From NCBI RefSeq assembly GCF_006345805.1, contig NC_042997.1:119908001-119972000 (forward strand): DNA of 64,000 bases, in the 5' to 3' direction. This DNA is from Octopus sinensis. Lineage: Eukaryota. Each line of letters begins with the position of its first letter. Within the stretch, counting starts at the first letter, position 1. Positions 13,860-25,999 of this stretch are shown here, one piece after another. The position numbers were made by a program, and so were the translations under genes. The notes under the pieces were generated by a model that was not told where the DNA came from, made no database searches, and saw nothing but the letters and a program-made list of their open reading frames with translations.

Positions 13860-13945
13860 TGTCACTATCATCTGTGATATTCCAGTCAATAACGACAGAG
13901 CGATCAGGCTAATCGGCAGACATTATCATTAAATACAGAAAAATA
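13860..13945 (+). mobile_element. R4/Dong RLE remnant
   Basis: VTIICDIPVNNDRAIR...DIIIK resembles VTILWDFPVHTDRTIKANKPDIVVK in the long copy. Confidence 0.5.
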
Positions 13946-15199
13946 ATAATAGTAGAGCAAAATACCTGTAAAAGAGATAACGAAAGTGTTTATCAAAACA
14001 TATATGGCAACTATAAGACACAGAATCAACCCCTTTCAAAAGTTCAGTGTTATATCGTAGAAAAATCAAGGACATTTAGGAATGGATCATGCTCCTCTTC
14101 TGTAAAATGCCTGTTGTTCTTAACTGAGATATTATTCATTCTGGTTCAAGAGCACTCTTTCTTGAACCAAACATTTGAAAGTTAAGGAGTTATGGGAACT
14201 GTGCGAGGTTTCTAATTTTAATGCTTTTCCTACTGAACGATTAATCATATTAACGTAACCGTCACCACTTCTTTCCATTCCATCTGCCTATTTTTTGCAT
14301 AAGGTATTGTAAATTATCGGGTAGTAATTTGTACTTTTGTATTCCTAAACATAACTTTCCGATTGTCGTGTTAAATCATTATGCTCGCATTTACTGGTGT
14401 TTAAATTTATCAGCTCCTTAATAGATAAGTTTATCGATCATGAGATAATTTCTACACATGTTGTTGAGCTATTTTCGTTACTAAGATTTAGAATTATCAC
14501 ACCTAGTTTCTATGGATTGTTATTTATTTACTTAGTCCTATTCATATATATTTGCGTTATGTCATTTCCTATTTCCAAACTGACTTTATTTCAATTGATT
14601 TCTTTTGTGGTTGAGTGTTCTTAGTTTGTTTTTTCATGAACTAAACTCTGTGTCAATTTTATGGATCAACTGTATGTTTTTTAATCGGCTCCGGTTCTCT
14701 TCTCTGCATTTGTTTAAGAGTTTTCCGTATTGACCTTAGTATTTTTTAATTAGGTTGAAATTCTTTCCTTTAAAATTAAATTATTTTTTCTTTCACTTGT
14801 TCTCTCCATGTCATTCCTTCTCACCCCTTCTTCTTCTTTCTCATGTTTTTTGTAGATTCTATGCGCTTGTTTGTAATCATTATTCGTCTACGATTGGTAC
14901 GACCACATTTACAGTAAAGTCACTTCTTAAGATTTTACTTAGAAATTATTTTCGCCTTAGTGAGATACTTAATTTTAATTTTTATCGCTTACAATATTTT
15001 TCAGATAATGAATTCGAGAATGCGTCTTTACATTCGCTCTATATATTATGAAGCCTAAAATTACTGAAGTCGCCAGTGTACAATCCAATCTACATCAAAC
15101 CATCTCCGTCTCTAACCACCCAACCCAAAAGAACAGTGAAAAATAAATTAAATAATACCTGTATTAATGAGCCCAAGGATAAAAACCAGTAGTACGTAA

Positions 15200-17257
15200 T
15201 TAAAACTTGTTACACAAAAAGTACGATAATCTACACGTTCCAAACCATTTAATACCAGAAATGAACAGACCGGTACCCTACGAAAATGATGACAATTAAA
15301 ATAAAGGGCCGGACGTTATTCCTGATGTCCTGCAAATAAAATTTAAAAAAAACATCAATGGACAACTGAAGAATATATTTTAATCCTACAGGCTTACCCA
15401 CAGTATGAAAACTCAAGAAAATATACATATAAAACATGGAGAAGCACACTGACTTTGAACAGTAACGATGAATCTGTCAGCGATGAAGATGTAAGGATTT
15501 CATGTTGAATTTTCTAGGGTGACACTCTATCACCAATCCTCTTTCTCTAGCCGTAATATCTCTCTCGAAATTGCTCGATGATGTATAATATGGCAATAAC
15601 ATATTTGATAAAAATATAAATCACCTTTTTTACATGGATGACTTAAAGCTCTTTGCAAAAAATACTAACAAATACAGGGTGTACTAGGAAATGTTAAACG
15701 ATTCAGTGATGACATCAGCATGAAATTTGGCCTCGATAAATGTGCAAAAACTACATTCATCAAAGGAAAAATGACAGAAACAGCCGACGTTAATCCTGAC
15801 CAGCAGAATGTCATAAATATGTTAGAACCAGAGGAGAGCTACAAATACCTGGGGGTATTTGAAAGTGATAGAATCAAATATTCAATGATGAAGGAAAGGA
15901 TCAGATGAGAATGTTATCGCAGGTTAAGAGCAATACTCAAGAGAGAGCTGAATGCAAGAAACAGGATCGAAGCTATCAATACTTTAGCCAAACCGCGCGT
16001 GACTTACATTTTCAATATGACTAATTGGTCTGAAATATGCAATCTTGACAGTAAAATGCGAAAATTGTTGACAATGCATAGAATGCACCACCCTAAGGCA
16101 GATATAGTACGACATTATCTTTTAGGAAAAGAGGGTGGCTGTGGACTTTTACAACTGAAGTTAATAATGAAGGTTGACACAGTTGGCGTGAAGACCATCT
16201 GCAAACTCTAATTACTGGATGATAAATCTTGTCTTAAAGCATGAAAACAGGCAAAGGAATATATAAGTGAGTTCCAAATACAACAAATCCAGAATTAGAC
16301 ATACTAGAACCAAGCACAGAAAAAGCTAAGCATATGAAGACTCGTGCTAAAATTGCTGCCGTAGATACTCTTACTGATGAATGGTAAGAAAAACTTCTCA
16401 ATGGCAAATATCCAAAGAGAGCTAATAATGCAGATGTTGACAAAGCCCTTACGCATCAATGGTTAATGGCGTCTGGCTTAAAATTAGAAACAGAAGTGTT
16501 TATCACAGTGGTCCAAGATCAATGCCTACCTGCAATAAACTACTAGGCCAACCTATTAAAGTACGGCAGCTATCGTGTATGTCAACAACAAAATGAAGCC
16601 ATCGATCATGTTGCCTCAGAGTATCTCAACAGCCATGATAGAGCAATTCAGTATATTCACTGGGTAATTTATGATAACCTGGACACGCCCCTTGATAAAA
16701 ACTGGTGGAACACAAACCACCTACAGTACTTGAAAATGATCACATCTCACTCCTCTGGACTTCACCGTTCAAACTGACAGAATGATAGATCTGAATAGGC
16801 CAAACATGGTACTGAAAGACTTCAGAAGAAAATCATGCCTCCACATTTATATGACTGTCCCAATCGAAATAAATGTCATCGGGACATTCAAAATCTGAGC
16901 AAGTATAAAAATTTTGAAATACAAATTGGCAATATGTGGAACCTCAAGACTAAAGCAATACCTATTGTCTATAGGTGTCTTAGGAATAGTAGGAAAAGGA
17001 GATGATTCCTACCTAACTCAGATTCAAGAAATTTAGAAGATAGTGCTCATGGGAACTGCCTATATCCTACATAAAAAAAATTAAACCGATTTATATTTTT
17101 CATATGTTTTCTTTAAAATTCCCTAGAACAATTCTATATGCAAAACCAAATATATGACAAACTAGGCATAAAACTAACATGAACTTCTAACTTGTCTGTT
17201 AAGGTCTTTGGGTGACACTTGGAGTCAACTTGTAGAAATACAAAGCAAAATCAAACA
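15200..17257 (+). mobile_element. R4/Dong family B, degenerate, with a large internal deletion
   Basis: N-terminal QWTTEEYILILQAY resembles KWTREEYKEVIYAY; then YMDDLKL and MKFGLDKCAK; 3'UTR similar to about 11150-11340; ends in (AAT)n. 5' end approximate. Confidence 0.8.
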
Positions 17258-17288
17258 TAATAATAATAATATTAATAATAATAATAAT

Positions 17289-17843
17289 TGCCCTGATGCA
17301 GTACCAGGCAGTGGCTCTCATGGCTTCTGATCTTAACTGATTGGAAGTGTTATCATGTACATTGTTTTGTCTTGGTATAAAAGATGGGCTACAGCAAATA
17401 TTCTGCTCAATAACACAGATTTGCTTGTCAGTTGTTTGACCATAACCAGTTGAGCATGTCTCTTAGTGGCTGACGATATGTGCATCTCTGATCACGAGCA
17501 GAAGTAGTGGGGGAGCATCATAGCCATGTGTTGAGAAGGATTATTTGGGGTTTGAATAATTGACCTCTGGAAACATGGGTGTTTCGTTCAACGTCCTTAA
17601 ACAACCCTTATTCAGGGACCTTTTGAGCGGGATGGGTTACTCGATCTGAAGAAAATTCTAACTGGGCTCCACCTGCAAGGTCATGTGCTGTTTATCTTGA
17701 TATGAGATCACCATGTCGCGCACATATGGTTGTGATGCATGTGCCTGGTGTACCCTTATCAGACGGGTAGTCATGATGGGTATACTGGGCTTCGTATATT
17801 TTACCCCTGTGTCACTTTGATGGCATGCTCTGCTCGCTCACTC
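17289..17843 (+). mobile_element. Apparently full-length ~550-bp non-autonomous retroelement between (TAA)n tracts
   Basis: Longest of six related copies; the forward copies share a fixed 3' end and have variable 5' ends; no coding frame and no clear tRNA A/B box. Confidence 0.8.
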
Positions 17844-17893
17844 AATAATAATAATAATAATAACAATAATAATAATAATAATAATAATAATAA

Positions 17894-18105
17894 TCCTTTC
17901 TACTACACACACATGGCGTGAAATTTGGTGGGGAGGACTTAAATTGATTACATCAACCCCATCGTTTCACTGATACTTACGTTATCGACCCTGATAGATC
18001 AAAGGCAGATTCGACCTCGGCGGCATTTGAAATCAGAACGTAGCTGCAGACGAAATATTGTTAATATATCGCCTAGCGTGCTAACGATTCTGCCAGTTCG
18101 CCTCC
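17894..18105 (-). mobile_element. tRNA-derived SINE, same family as 36338-36573
   Basis: Reverse complement reads GGAGGCGAACTGGCAGAATCGTTAGCACGC...CCGCCGAGGTCGAATCTGCC, matching the 36338 copy. Confidence 0.75.
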
Positions 18106-18240
18106 GTAATAATACTAATAATAATAATAGCCTCAACAACACAATCTAAACACACGGTCTGCAATATTTCTATACTAAGACTGCATAACTATGAGTCAAA
18201 TTTTAATTACATGTTCAACCATATTTATACAAGTCTTCCA

Positions 18241-18686
18241 GGCGTAGGAGTGACTGTGTGGTTAGTAACTTGCTTAGTCCACACATAGTTCCGTGTTCAG
18301 TTCCACTGCGTGGCACCTTGGGCAAGTGTCTTCTACTATAGCCTCGGGCCAACCAAAGCCTTGTGAGTAGATTTGGTAGACGGAAACTGAAAGAAGCCCG
18401 TCGTAAATATATATATATATATATGTGTGTATGTATGTGTCTGTGTGTATGCGTGCGTATCTGTGTGTCTGTGTGTTTGTGTGTCTGTGTTTGTCCCCCC
18501 CAAATCAATTGACAATTGATGGTGGTGTGTTTACGTCCCCGTAACTTAGCAGTTCGGCAAAAGAGACCGATAGAATAAGTACCAGGCTCACAAAGAATAA
18601 GTGCTGGGGTCGATTTGCTCGACTAAAAGGCGGTGCTCCAGCATGGCCACGGTCAAATGACTGAAACAAGTAAAAGAGTAAAGAGT
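18241..18686 (+). mobile_element. tRNA-derived SINE with internal (TA)/(TG) microsatellite and LINE-like 3' tail
   Basis: A-box-like GTGACTGTGTGGTTAG and B-box-like GTTCAGTTCC; tail GGCGGTGCTCCAGCATGGCCAC...CTGAAACAAG. Confidence 0.75.
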
Positions 18687-18962
18687 ATATATACACATTG
18701 CTGTTTCTTCTCGGTCTCTCGCCTATACATCAATTATAAATCAAGAAAAAAGAACGTCGACACTTGTCCATCGGCGGTGTTCTGTCAGAATTATACGAAT
18801 TAAAAAGGGAGTCATAAAACCAACCAAAATAAAAGAAGAAAAGAACGATGGACAGATAACTATGAGTACTATGAAATTGTTGATTTCTGTTTTACACATA
18901 TACTATGGAACACTTCTCCAAAAACATACAGGGAAAAGCTCATTCAGCAAGTACGCAATACA

Positions 18963-19557
18963 ATGAACAAAATCTCCACATATCAAGTCAAGTTGATCAC
19001 AGAACTTGAGGCGATCCAACGAAGCTACACGAAGAAGATAGCCTCTGTGCAGCATATAAGCTACTGGGAAAGACTCAAGAGATTAAAACTCTATTCCTTG
19101 GAGCGTAGGCGAGAAAGATATGCCATAATATACATCTGGAAGGACTTGTCCCAAACTTTGGCATCGAGAGTTACACAAATGCCAGAACTGGGCGCCACTG
19201 CGTGGTACCAAGGACTCCAAATTTGCCATCAAGATGTAGGACAAGATACTGTGATAGCCTGGGCTTCAGAGGCCCACAGCTCTTCAATATCCTCCCGAAG
19301 AACCTGAGGGACCTGCATGAGGTGGATGCGGATGTCTTTAAAGTAGGATTGGATCTCTTCCTGTCAGGTGTCCCGGATGAACCAATTTCACGGCAAGAGG
19401 TGCAGATGAGGGCAGCTGCATCGAACTCTCTCATGCACCAAATGACAGTTGCTAAAAAGCATTCGTGAAGTAAAATCATGTAGCAACACCAAATGGCGGT
19501 GCCCCAGCATGGCCACAGCTCGTGAGCTGAAACTAGATAAAATAAAATAAAATAAAA
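18963..19557 (+). mobile_element. CR1/L2-group (APE-type) LINE 3' fragment
   Basis: ELEAIQRSYTKKI...SYWERLKRLKLYSLERRRERY and GPQLFNILP...VPDEP...AASNSL; 3'UTR ends in (TAAAA)n. Confidence 0.75.
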
Positions 19558-19699
19558 AATATGCCATAGAAGTGCGATGCCCAACAGAAAAGTACAACCT
19601 GCATTACACAAAAAACACACAATACAAAATGTAATACAACAGATGATCCAAACCAAACATCATAACGAAACCTAATGATGTAAGACAATAGAAAATGGA

Positions 19700-22330
19700 T
19701 GCTAACACTTTCGATAGAGAAGAGTTTGTTCAAAGTGACTGAGTAGAGACAGGTATATCAGGCTAATGCTATTAGGAGAAGAATGACAGAATTGGGGGTG
19801 GAAGAGACGACAAGAGAACTGGAAAAAAAGACCGGTCAGTAGGAATGACGAACAATAACGTAAGAGATACAGCTCAAACTAAAGAAGAACTCAAACGAAA
19901 AAATAATAAGAGGACTAACAATCACGAAGTAACAAAGGGGAGCAGCAATTTAAGCGATATAGCTGAGGAAGACGAGAAGAGTTTAGATATGTTCCAGTGA
20001 ATAACGAATAAAGAAGTAAGAAAAATATTGCCAGCATTAAAAGGTACCAAGAGAAGGAACCTTCTAGATATGACTAGGAAAGTTGATTCTATTGTCAGAA
20101 GAATAGATACAGTTCTATTATTTTAATTTCATCCCACAGGGGAAGGTGGTCTCCATTTTTTCCATACACAACCAGCTATACCCGATTTATCAATATCTCA
20201 TCATGTCACAGTTTTACGATGTTCCTTAACTTTTATTTTGAAGGGGCGTTATGGTTCGCGCCTTTGTATATCATATCACAGCTGCATGGGATGGGGTACA
20301 CGCAGTTTTTGGTCATATTCACTTCTATTGGTGGTTTTACTCGAAGTAGACATTTGCGAAGTGTTGTATTACTCTTGAATACTGTCCTGATGTCATATGG
20401 GCCGCATACAATTTTTTCGCATACAATCGTTTCGGCGAGGTCTTTCACTTGGGGTAGACAGACTGTAGACAGTTTATTGGTTATTGGCTTCATCCTCTTT
20501 TCTTCATAATTGGAATGGATAGTATGTTTTTGGAGTAGTTGTTGATTAATAGATTGTTATTGGGCTTGGTCATTCCTTTGTGGTGGGTATCACGATAGCT
20601 ACTTATATTCTTTGCCCGATGTCTTAGGCACTGAGCAGTCCCTCTCTTTACACTGTATGGATGGGCGAAATTGAAGTTTAGGTATCTTCTAGTGACGGTC
20701 GGCTTGCAGTATACAGATGTCCTGAATCCATACTTGGTGCGTGTTATTAATACGCCCAGGAATGCTAGCTGATTGCCTTTTTCCTTTTCCATTGTGAACT
20801 GTATGGATGGCTTTATGGATGGCTTTATTGAGTTCACATGATCTAACAGCAGTTGGACATCTTCCTGGTGGGGCCAGAGTATAAAAGGTATCATCAACAT
20901 ATCACAGTTATAGGGTTGGTTTTAGTGGTGTTGATCCTAAAGTCAAATTCTCAAAGTATTCCATGTATGCATTGGCTATTATCAGTGATAATAGCGAATC
21001 CATAGCTAAACCCTCTTGTCAATATATATCAGTGTCCATCCTGAAGTAGGTGGTTTTTACACAGAATTTCAACATTTCCATCAAGTTTCTTATTGGTATA
21101 CAAGTGCGTTATTTTAGATGTGTGTCCGTTACTAGTTTTTCTTGAATCACCGATAGTGCTTCACCAGTTCGAACTTTGGTGAACTGATTTATCACATCTT
21201 GACACGCCATCTAGTTGGATTCAATGTGGTAATTCTTGATCCATTCTGTGAAGTAGGTGGAATTCTTCACGTACGATGTTGACTTTCATACTGGAAAGAT
21301 TTCTTTGATGGAAGAATAATGCCAGACTAGATGACTAGTGGGAAGACAATACTCATGAAAGATAAATCACGGGTAAACAGCTATCAATTATTGACTAATC
21401 ACTTGTTTAACATTAGTTTTGAGGCTTTTAATAGGATTGCTTTCAGAAAGCTTTTAGAAGCAAATTGACTGCCAGAATCTACTGCCAGAAGAAGAAAGAG
21501 ATTACAAGAAGAAGGCTAGAGGAAAGTATGATCTATTATATATAGAAAAGCCAGGTCTAAATGAATTAAGACCGAGAATCAAAGGCTAAGATTAGCATGG
21601 ATAGATTATAAAAACGCCTATGACATGATCCCACACTCATGGATAAGTGACTCTTTGAGTAAATTCAGTATAGCAGACAATATAAGAGAGTTAATTAGCT
21701 TTAGTGGGAAGAAATAAAAAGATCTCTACTCATGTGACATTGTCTTAAAGAAAGTTAATATAAAGAGAGGAAGTCTCCAAGATGTCTCGTTATCCCCTTT
21801 ATTATTTTCTCTATGTTCGATACCCACAGTTTAATAATAAGGATTTCAAAGGCGGTTTAGTATAAAGGAAGACAGAAATACTAAGGGAAAAATTACATAT
21901 TTGCTCTACATGGATGATGTGAAGCTTTTTAGTAGGAATGAATATGTGATAGATTCCTCAATACAAACTGTAAGACTCTTCTGCAAAAATATAGGCATGC
22001 AATGTGGCATATATATGTGTGCAGTATTAATCATGAGAGGGGACAGGTAGTCATCAGCGAATGCATCCAATTACCAGATGGGCAGACATTAAAATCATTG
22101 CCAGAAGAAGAGATTTAAAACTGTCTAGGAGTATTAGAATCTGAATGTGTACTAACTATAGAAATGAAAACGAAAATTGAGCGAGAGTACATCAGAATGG
22201 TGAGGAATCTAATGAAGTCAAAGCTAAATGATCCGAATCAAGTGAAGGTTGTAAATACTTCGGCGGTATGATTACTTAGATGATGAGCAGTATTTGTAGA
22301 TTGGACAAGAACTGAATTAGCATATCTATG
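19700..22330 (+). mobile_element. Degenerate R4/Dong element interrupted by a Penelope-like fragment
   Basis: QANAIRRRMTEL near 19760; after about 21340, AWIDYKNAYDMIPHSW, VNIKRG..SLSP and LLYMDDVKL. Boundaries approximate. Confidence 0.65.
20120..21340 (-). mobile_element. Penelope-like element (Penelope/Poseidon-type) fragment: RT plus GIY-YIG
   Basis: YVDD-type motif, IQFTMEKEKGNQLAFL, VYCKPT..RYLNF..HP, NCVYPIPCSCDMIYKG. Confidence 0.8.
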
Positions 22331-22799
22331 TCGGTTATGAAAATCAAAAGAGGAAATGTTCCTCATATAGAAAGTGAATGTAGCATGCTGGCGCGGAAAG
22401 AATACAACAAAAAATAAAAATCTAAGGCGAGTAATCTCCTCGGAGTTATGTAGAAAACTGGGACTTTATCCTATTGATAGATAAATGATATGAACGTGAA
22501 CATCGTCGTCGGCTCTAGCTCGTATCCGAACATTGGGTTCGTCATTCCCAATCCAGTCTGCTCGGCAGATGTTTGTGACTTTGGTGTGTAATGTGACTTT
22601 GGTGTGTAAGTCGGTGATGAAAGAGTCGTGGGCAGAATTCGAACAGGATGGTCGATACAGGTCGGGGACGTTGAAAATGCTCCTTTTCTCCTGCGTTTTA
22701 ACTCCTCATTTCTCCTGCGTTTTAACGACTGCGTTTTAACTCCTCATTACACAGGGAAATAAAAAAAATAGGGACCAAACTCAAAGTTCTACAACATCA

Positions 22800-24170
22800 A
22801 GAAGCACTCTCCCAAAATAGAGGTATACAACTCAGTAATGAAAGAAATACAGATCGAAAATTATAAGGCTCTCACAACTATAAATAACATATTATTCTCA
22901 AAAAATAAGCTCTGAACGTGCAAATCGGTCTAAAGTTAATTCAAGGAAAATATACTAATCAATTAAACAGTGAGCAGTTAAGCTACAAGATGAAATAGAA
23001 TGTCAAAGTGTAGAACTCTCAGTTGTTGAAAAATTATCAAATCTGAATGGGAACTGAAAAGGAAATATCAAATTACTAATGAGGATGCTCTCCTTATTAT
23101 CAAGGCTGACAAGTAGCAGCGAATTCAAATGACATCACATGTTAAAAGATAACAGAAGTAAGTATTAGAAAGAAGCGTGTTCTATTTCTGCAGAGAAGTA
23201 GGGAAACAACAAGTAGATGTAAAGAAACTACTAAACAGAATAATCAGGGAAATCCCGGAATTTTATTTGTAGACAACAAGTGAAGACATTGAGGAAGCAT
23301 CCTGAATCAACAGACGATATAAAAGACCGAAGCCAGTTGAACAACAAGGATTGGAATCCACTGAGACTATCAAACTTTAAGCCGGCTCTCACTCAAAAAT
23401 CCTATCCAGAATAGAGCAACTATCAAATTACTAGTTACAAGCGTTCCCGCGATGCAAAGTCGCTTATAAAGCTTATTATAATCGTTATTAAAAAACGTAA
23501 TAAAGCTCTAAAATGCTCGTTTAAAGGAATCATTAATCTCGTTCCCCATACAAAATGGAAATAAAACCCAAAGGACTGTACTCACATGAACCAACTTTTC
23601 GAAGAAAGGACGATCTTGACACGAGGATAAATGTGATAATAGAAAACAATCCATTTGTAAAGATCACTTACGAATTAATAAGATGCGGCTTGTAAACTAT
23701 CTCAAAAAAGAATAAGAATTTTCGCACAGTAGGGCTCAACAACGAGATAGCATTTTACAGTGCAACTCATGGATGCATACTGAAAGCTTTAGACTTATGC
23801 AAAATCATTCCAGACACCTCAGATTTTTCTCCCATTTCAAATGACATTGTGGTAGACATGGCCTTCACTTAACCCAACAACAGAGTCATAAAATCTAGCA
23901 CAATAAAAATAAACTCTGCACTTTTCGATTATAACAACGTCTTATCACTCTTGTTCTGTATTGAAATCTTTATTAATTTCAAATGAAATAAACAACACGA
24001 AGTATGCATATAAAAGCATTCAGTAGTGTGATTAACCACTATATGAACGATTAAAGGCTTTATAACTAGAATGACCAATAATTAAAAGCACTTATATGAA
24101 TGGTAAAGCAGATGAGTAATGGTATGGCTAAGTATCTGTTCCTAATAAATGAGCAAAAACATCTTTGAGA
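22800..24170 (+). mobile_element. Highly degenerate R4/Dong remnant
   Basis: CKDHLRINKM...HGCILKALDLCKI resembles [10 protein letters not shown]...HPWILRSLDIFKI; many stops. Confidence 0.5.
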
Positions 24171-24251
24171 TGGAAAATATGTCAATAGCATCGTGCATTC
24201 ATTTTGATCTCAAATTCACATCATGATTTACACGCACTAACGCACGAACGT

Positions 24252-24254
<3 letters not shown>

Positions 24255-24306
<52 letters not shown>

Positions 24307-24325
24307 CACACACAAACACACACAA
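24255..24325. repeat. (CA)n microsatellite
   Basis: Direct inspection. Confidence 0.95.
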
Positions 24326-25101
24326 GCGCTACGAATTGTGCATACTTAATTAATTATAACATGAAGTGTCATGCGAAGCCTCAATTACAATAGGTGCTTC
24401 AAAGTCTAATCTTTTCCAGTACATGAAAAGTGGTATTGGTGTCAAGTTTTAGAAAATTACTAAAAGCTACTTAGCCAGACATACGTCACTTAAACAATCG
24501 TAATTTTAAATTATAACAACAATTAGACAGAAATCTTTGGGATTGAAATAACTGATTTATTCAAAATTACGGTGATGAAAAAGACGAAAATCTACCAATG
24601 ATATTTCAATAATTGTAAGATAATCTTCTCAAAGAAATACCAGCAAAACGTCCTATACCCAGGTATACTACGGTTGAAAACTACAGCATTCTGGGTGTGA
24701 ACAATGGTGTTTCCAAATAAGGATTTCTAGACTCTTCCACATTGTACTGTTAAGTAAACTCTGTATTAATGATGGCAACAACTTTGTAGAGATTGTACAT
24801 AATGTAACTGTATTTATATAAATGCGACTTTTATGCAAATCCACACACACACGTGAATATATATGTAGGAATAATACACATATATACCATTATACCTATG
24901 AAACGGATTTATGAACTCAACAACCATACATATCTTACATCTATTTTCTTTCCTCCACCTCACTTTCTATTTATATCACATCGAAACTATTTCCCTGCTT
25001 GTAAACTTTATTCCTATTCACCTCTTGCACCATATTTCTCCGCTTTTAATCTGCTAATTTCTTTCTCCCTCCTTCTCCTTTATAAATTGACTTTGACGTC
25101 G

Positions 25102-25999
25102 TCTATATATATGAAACTCAGAATGTGTGTCTTTCTCTCTGTCTGCCCACAGCAATATCATATCTCCTCCACTATTTCAGTATTACGTGTCAAAAGTGAA
25201 ACAAAAACATCTCTCTATTGTAATGTCAGATGCTTTCACTTTAACAGGTTCACTTTAATACCGAAACTATTAAACTGAAACTATTATATAAAAGGGATGA
25301 TCTGTTAGTGGACATCCATTTTGCTAGAAGAAGATCCGCTATGGTCTTACCACTAACAAAGGAATGGTAAGACCAAAGTGGATCTTCTAGCATAATGGAT
25401 GTGCACTTACAATTGGGTCACGCTGTTCCAATTGCTATAGATTCGTAATGCATCTTACGGCGGTGCCTGTCACCTGCATGGTGAGGAATACTACATTGGG
25501 AGTAGTAACGACTAGGTAACTGTAGCTGTCTGCTTATTGTGATCATTCGTCTTTTGGTTTCATGTAGCTTTGCTCTCTTTTACAAACCCAGTTAACATAT
25601 ATATTTCCTATTTCAAAGAAATTCAAACAAGAGATATAAGACCAAAGTTAAAAAGATTCTCACCAATTCAACTTCTCTGGTTGACATTAAGATGCCCACC
25701 CCCAATTGGGGCGTTAACCCTCACATTTAGAGCTCCATGACCTCTATTTTTCAGGGCAAAATCCTTTTAACAGGGTCTATCAGACTGGAATTTTGGAATA
25801 AGCGCATAAAAATCAGTGGTATGGGATACATGTGGCACGATTACAATTTTACTAGGGGGTGTAAAGCGGGAAAAAACCCTCATCTGCAATTTTGATGAAA
25901 TTCGAAGCATAGGTATTCCAGTTAATTATAGAAAATATAACAGAAAAGTCTAATTATTCAAATGTATGTAACAGAGGAAACGCCGGGTAAGTGTGCTAG
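25102..25999 (+). mobile_element. Non-autonomous Helitron-like insertion
   Basis: Begins TC, ends CTAG followed by T, GC-rich subterminal motif ACGCCGGG, no target-site duplication; the flanks join as an empty A|T site in the paralogous flanks (41257/41258 and 61128/61129). Confidence 0.7.

Noticed and set aside
14030-14160. Possible minus-strand Penelope RT remnant (HFTEEEHD..LNVLDF)
   Set aside because: One short motif-like match only.
17289-17370. HDV-like ribozyme or U2/tRNA origin for the head of the 550-bp element
   Set aside because: A P4-like stem exists, but P1, L3 and J4/2 do not fit; snRNA similarity is only about 12 nt.
18241-18310. Functional tRNA genes at SINE heads (also 36338 and 56217)
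   Set aside because: A/B-box-like motifs only, no complete cloverleaf, and they continue into repeat bodies.
24400-24990. Possible older Penelope GIY-YIG remnant paralogous to 40.7-41.1 kb
   Set aside because: Only faint peptide similarity; clear nucleotide homology is limited to about 24990-25100.
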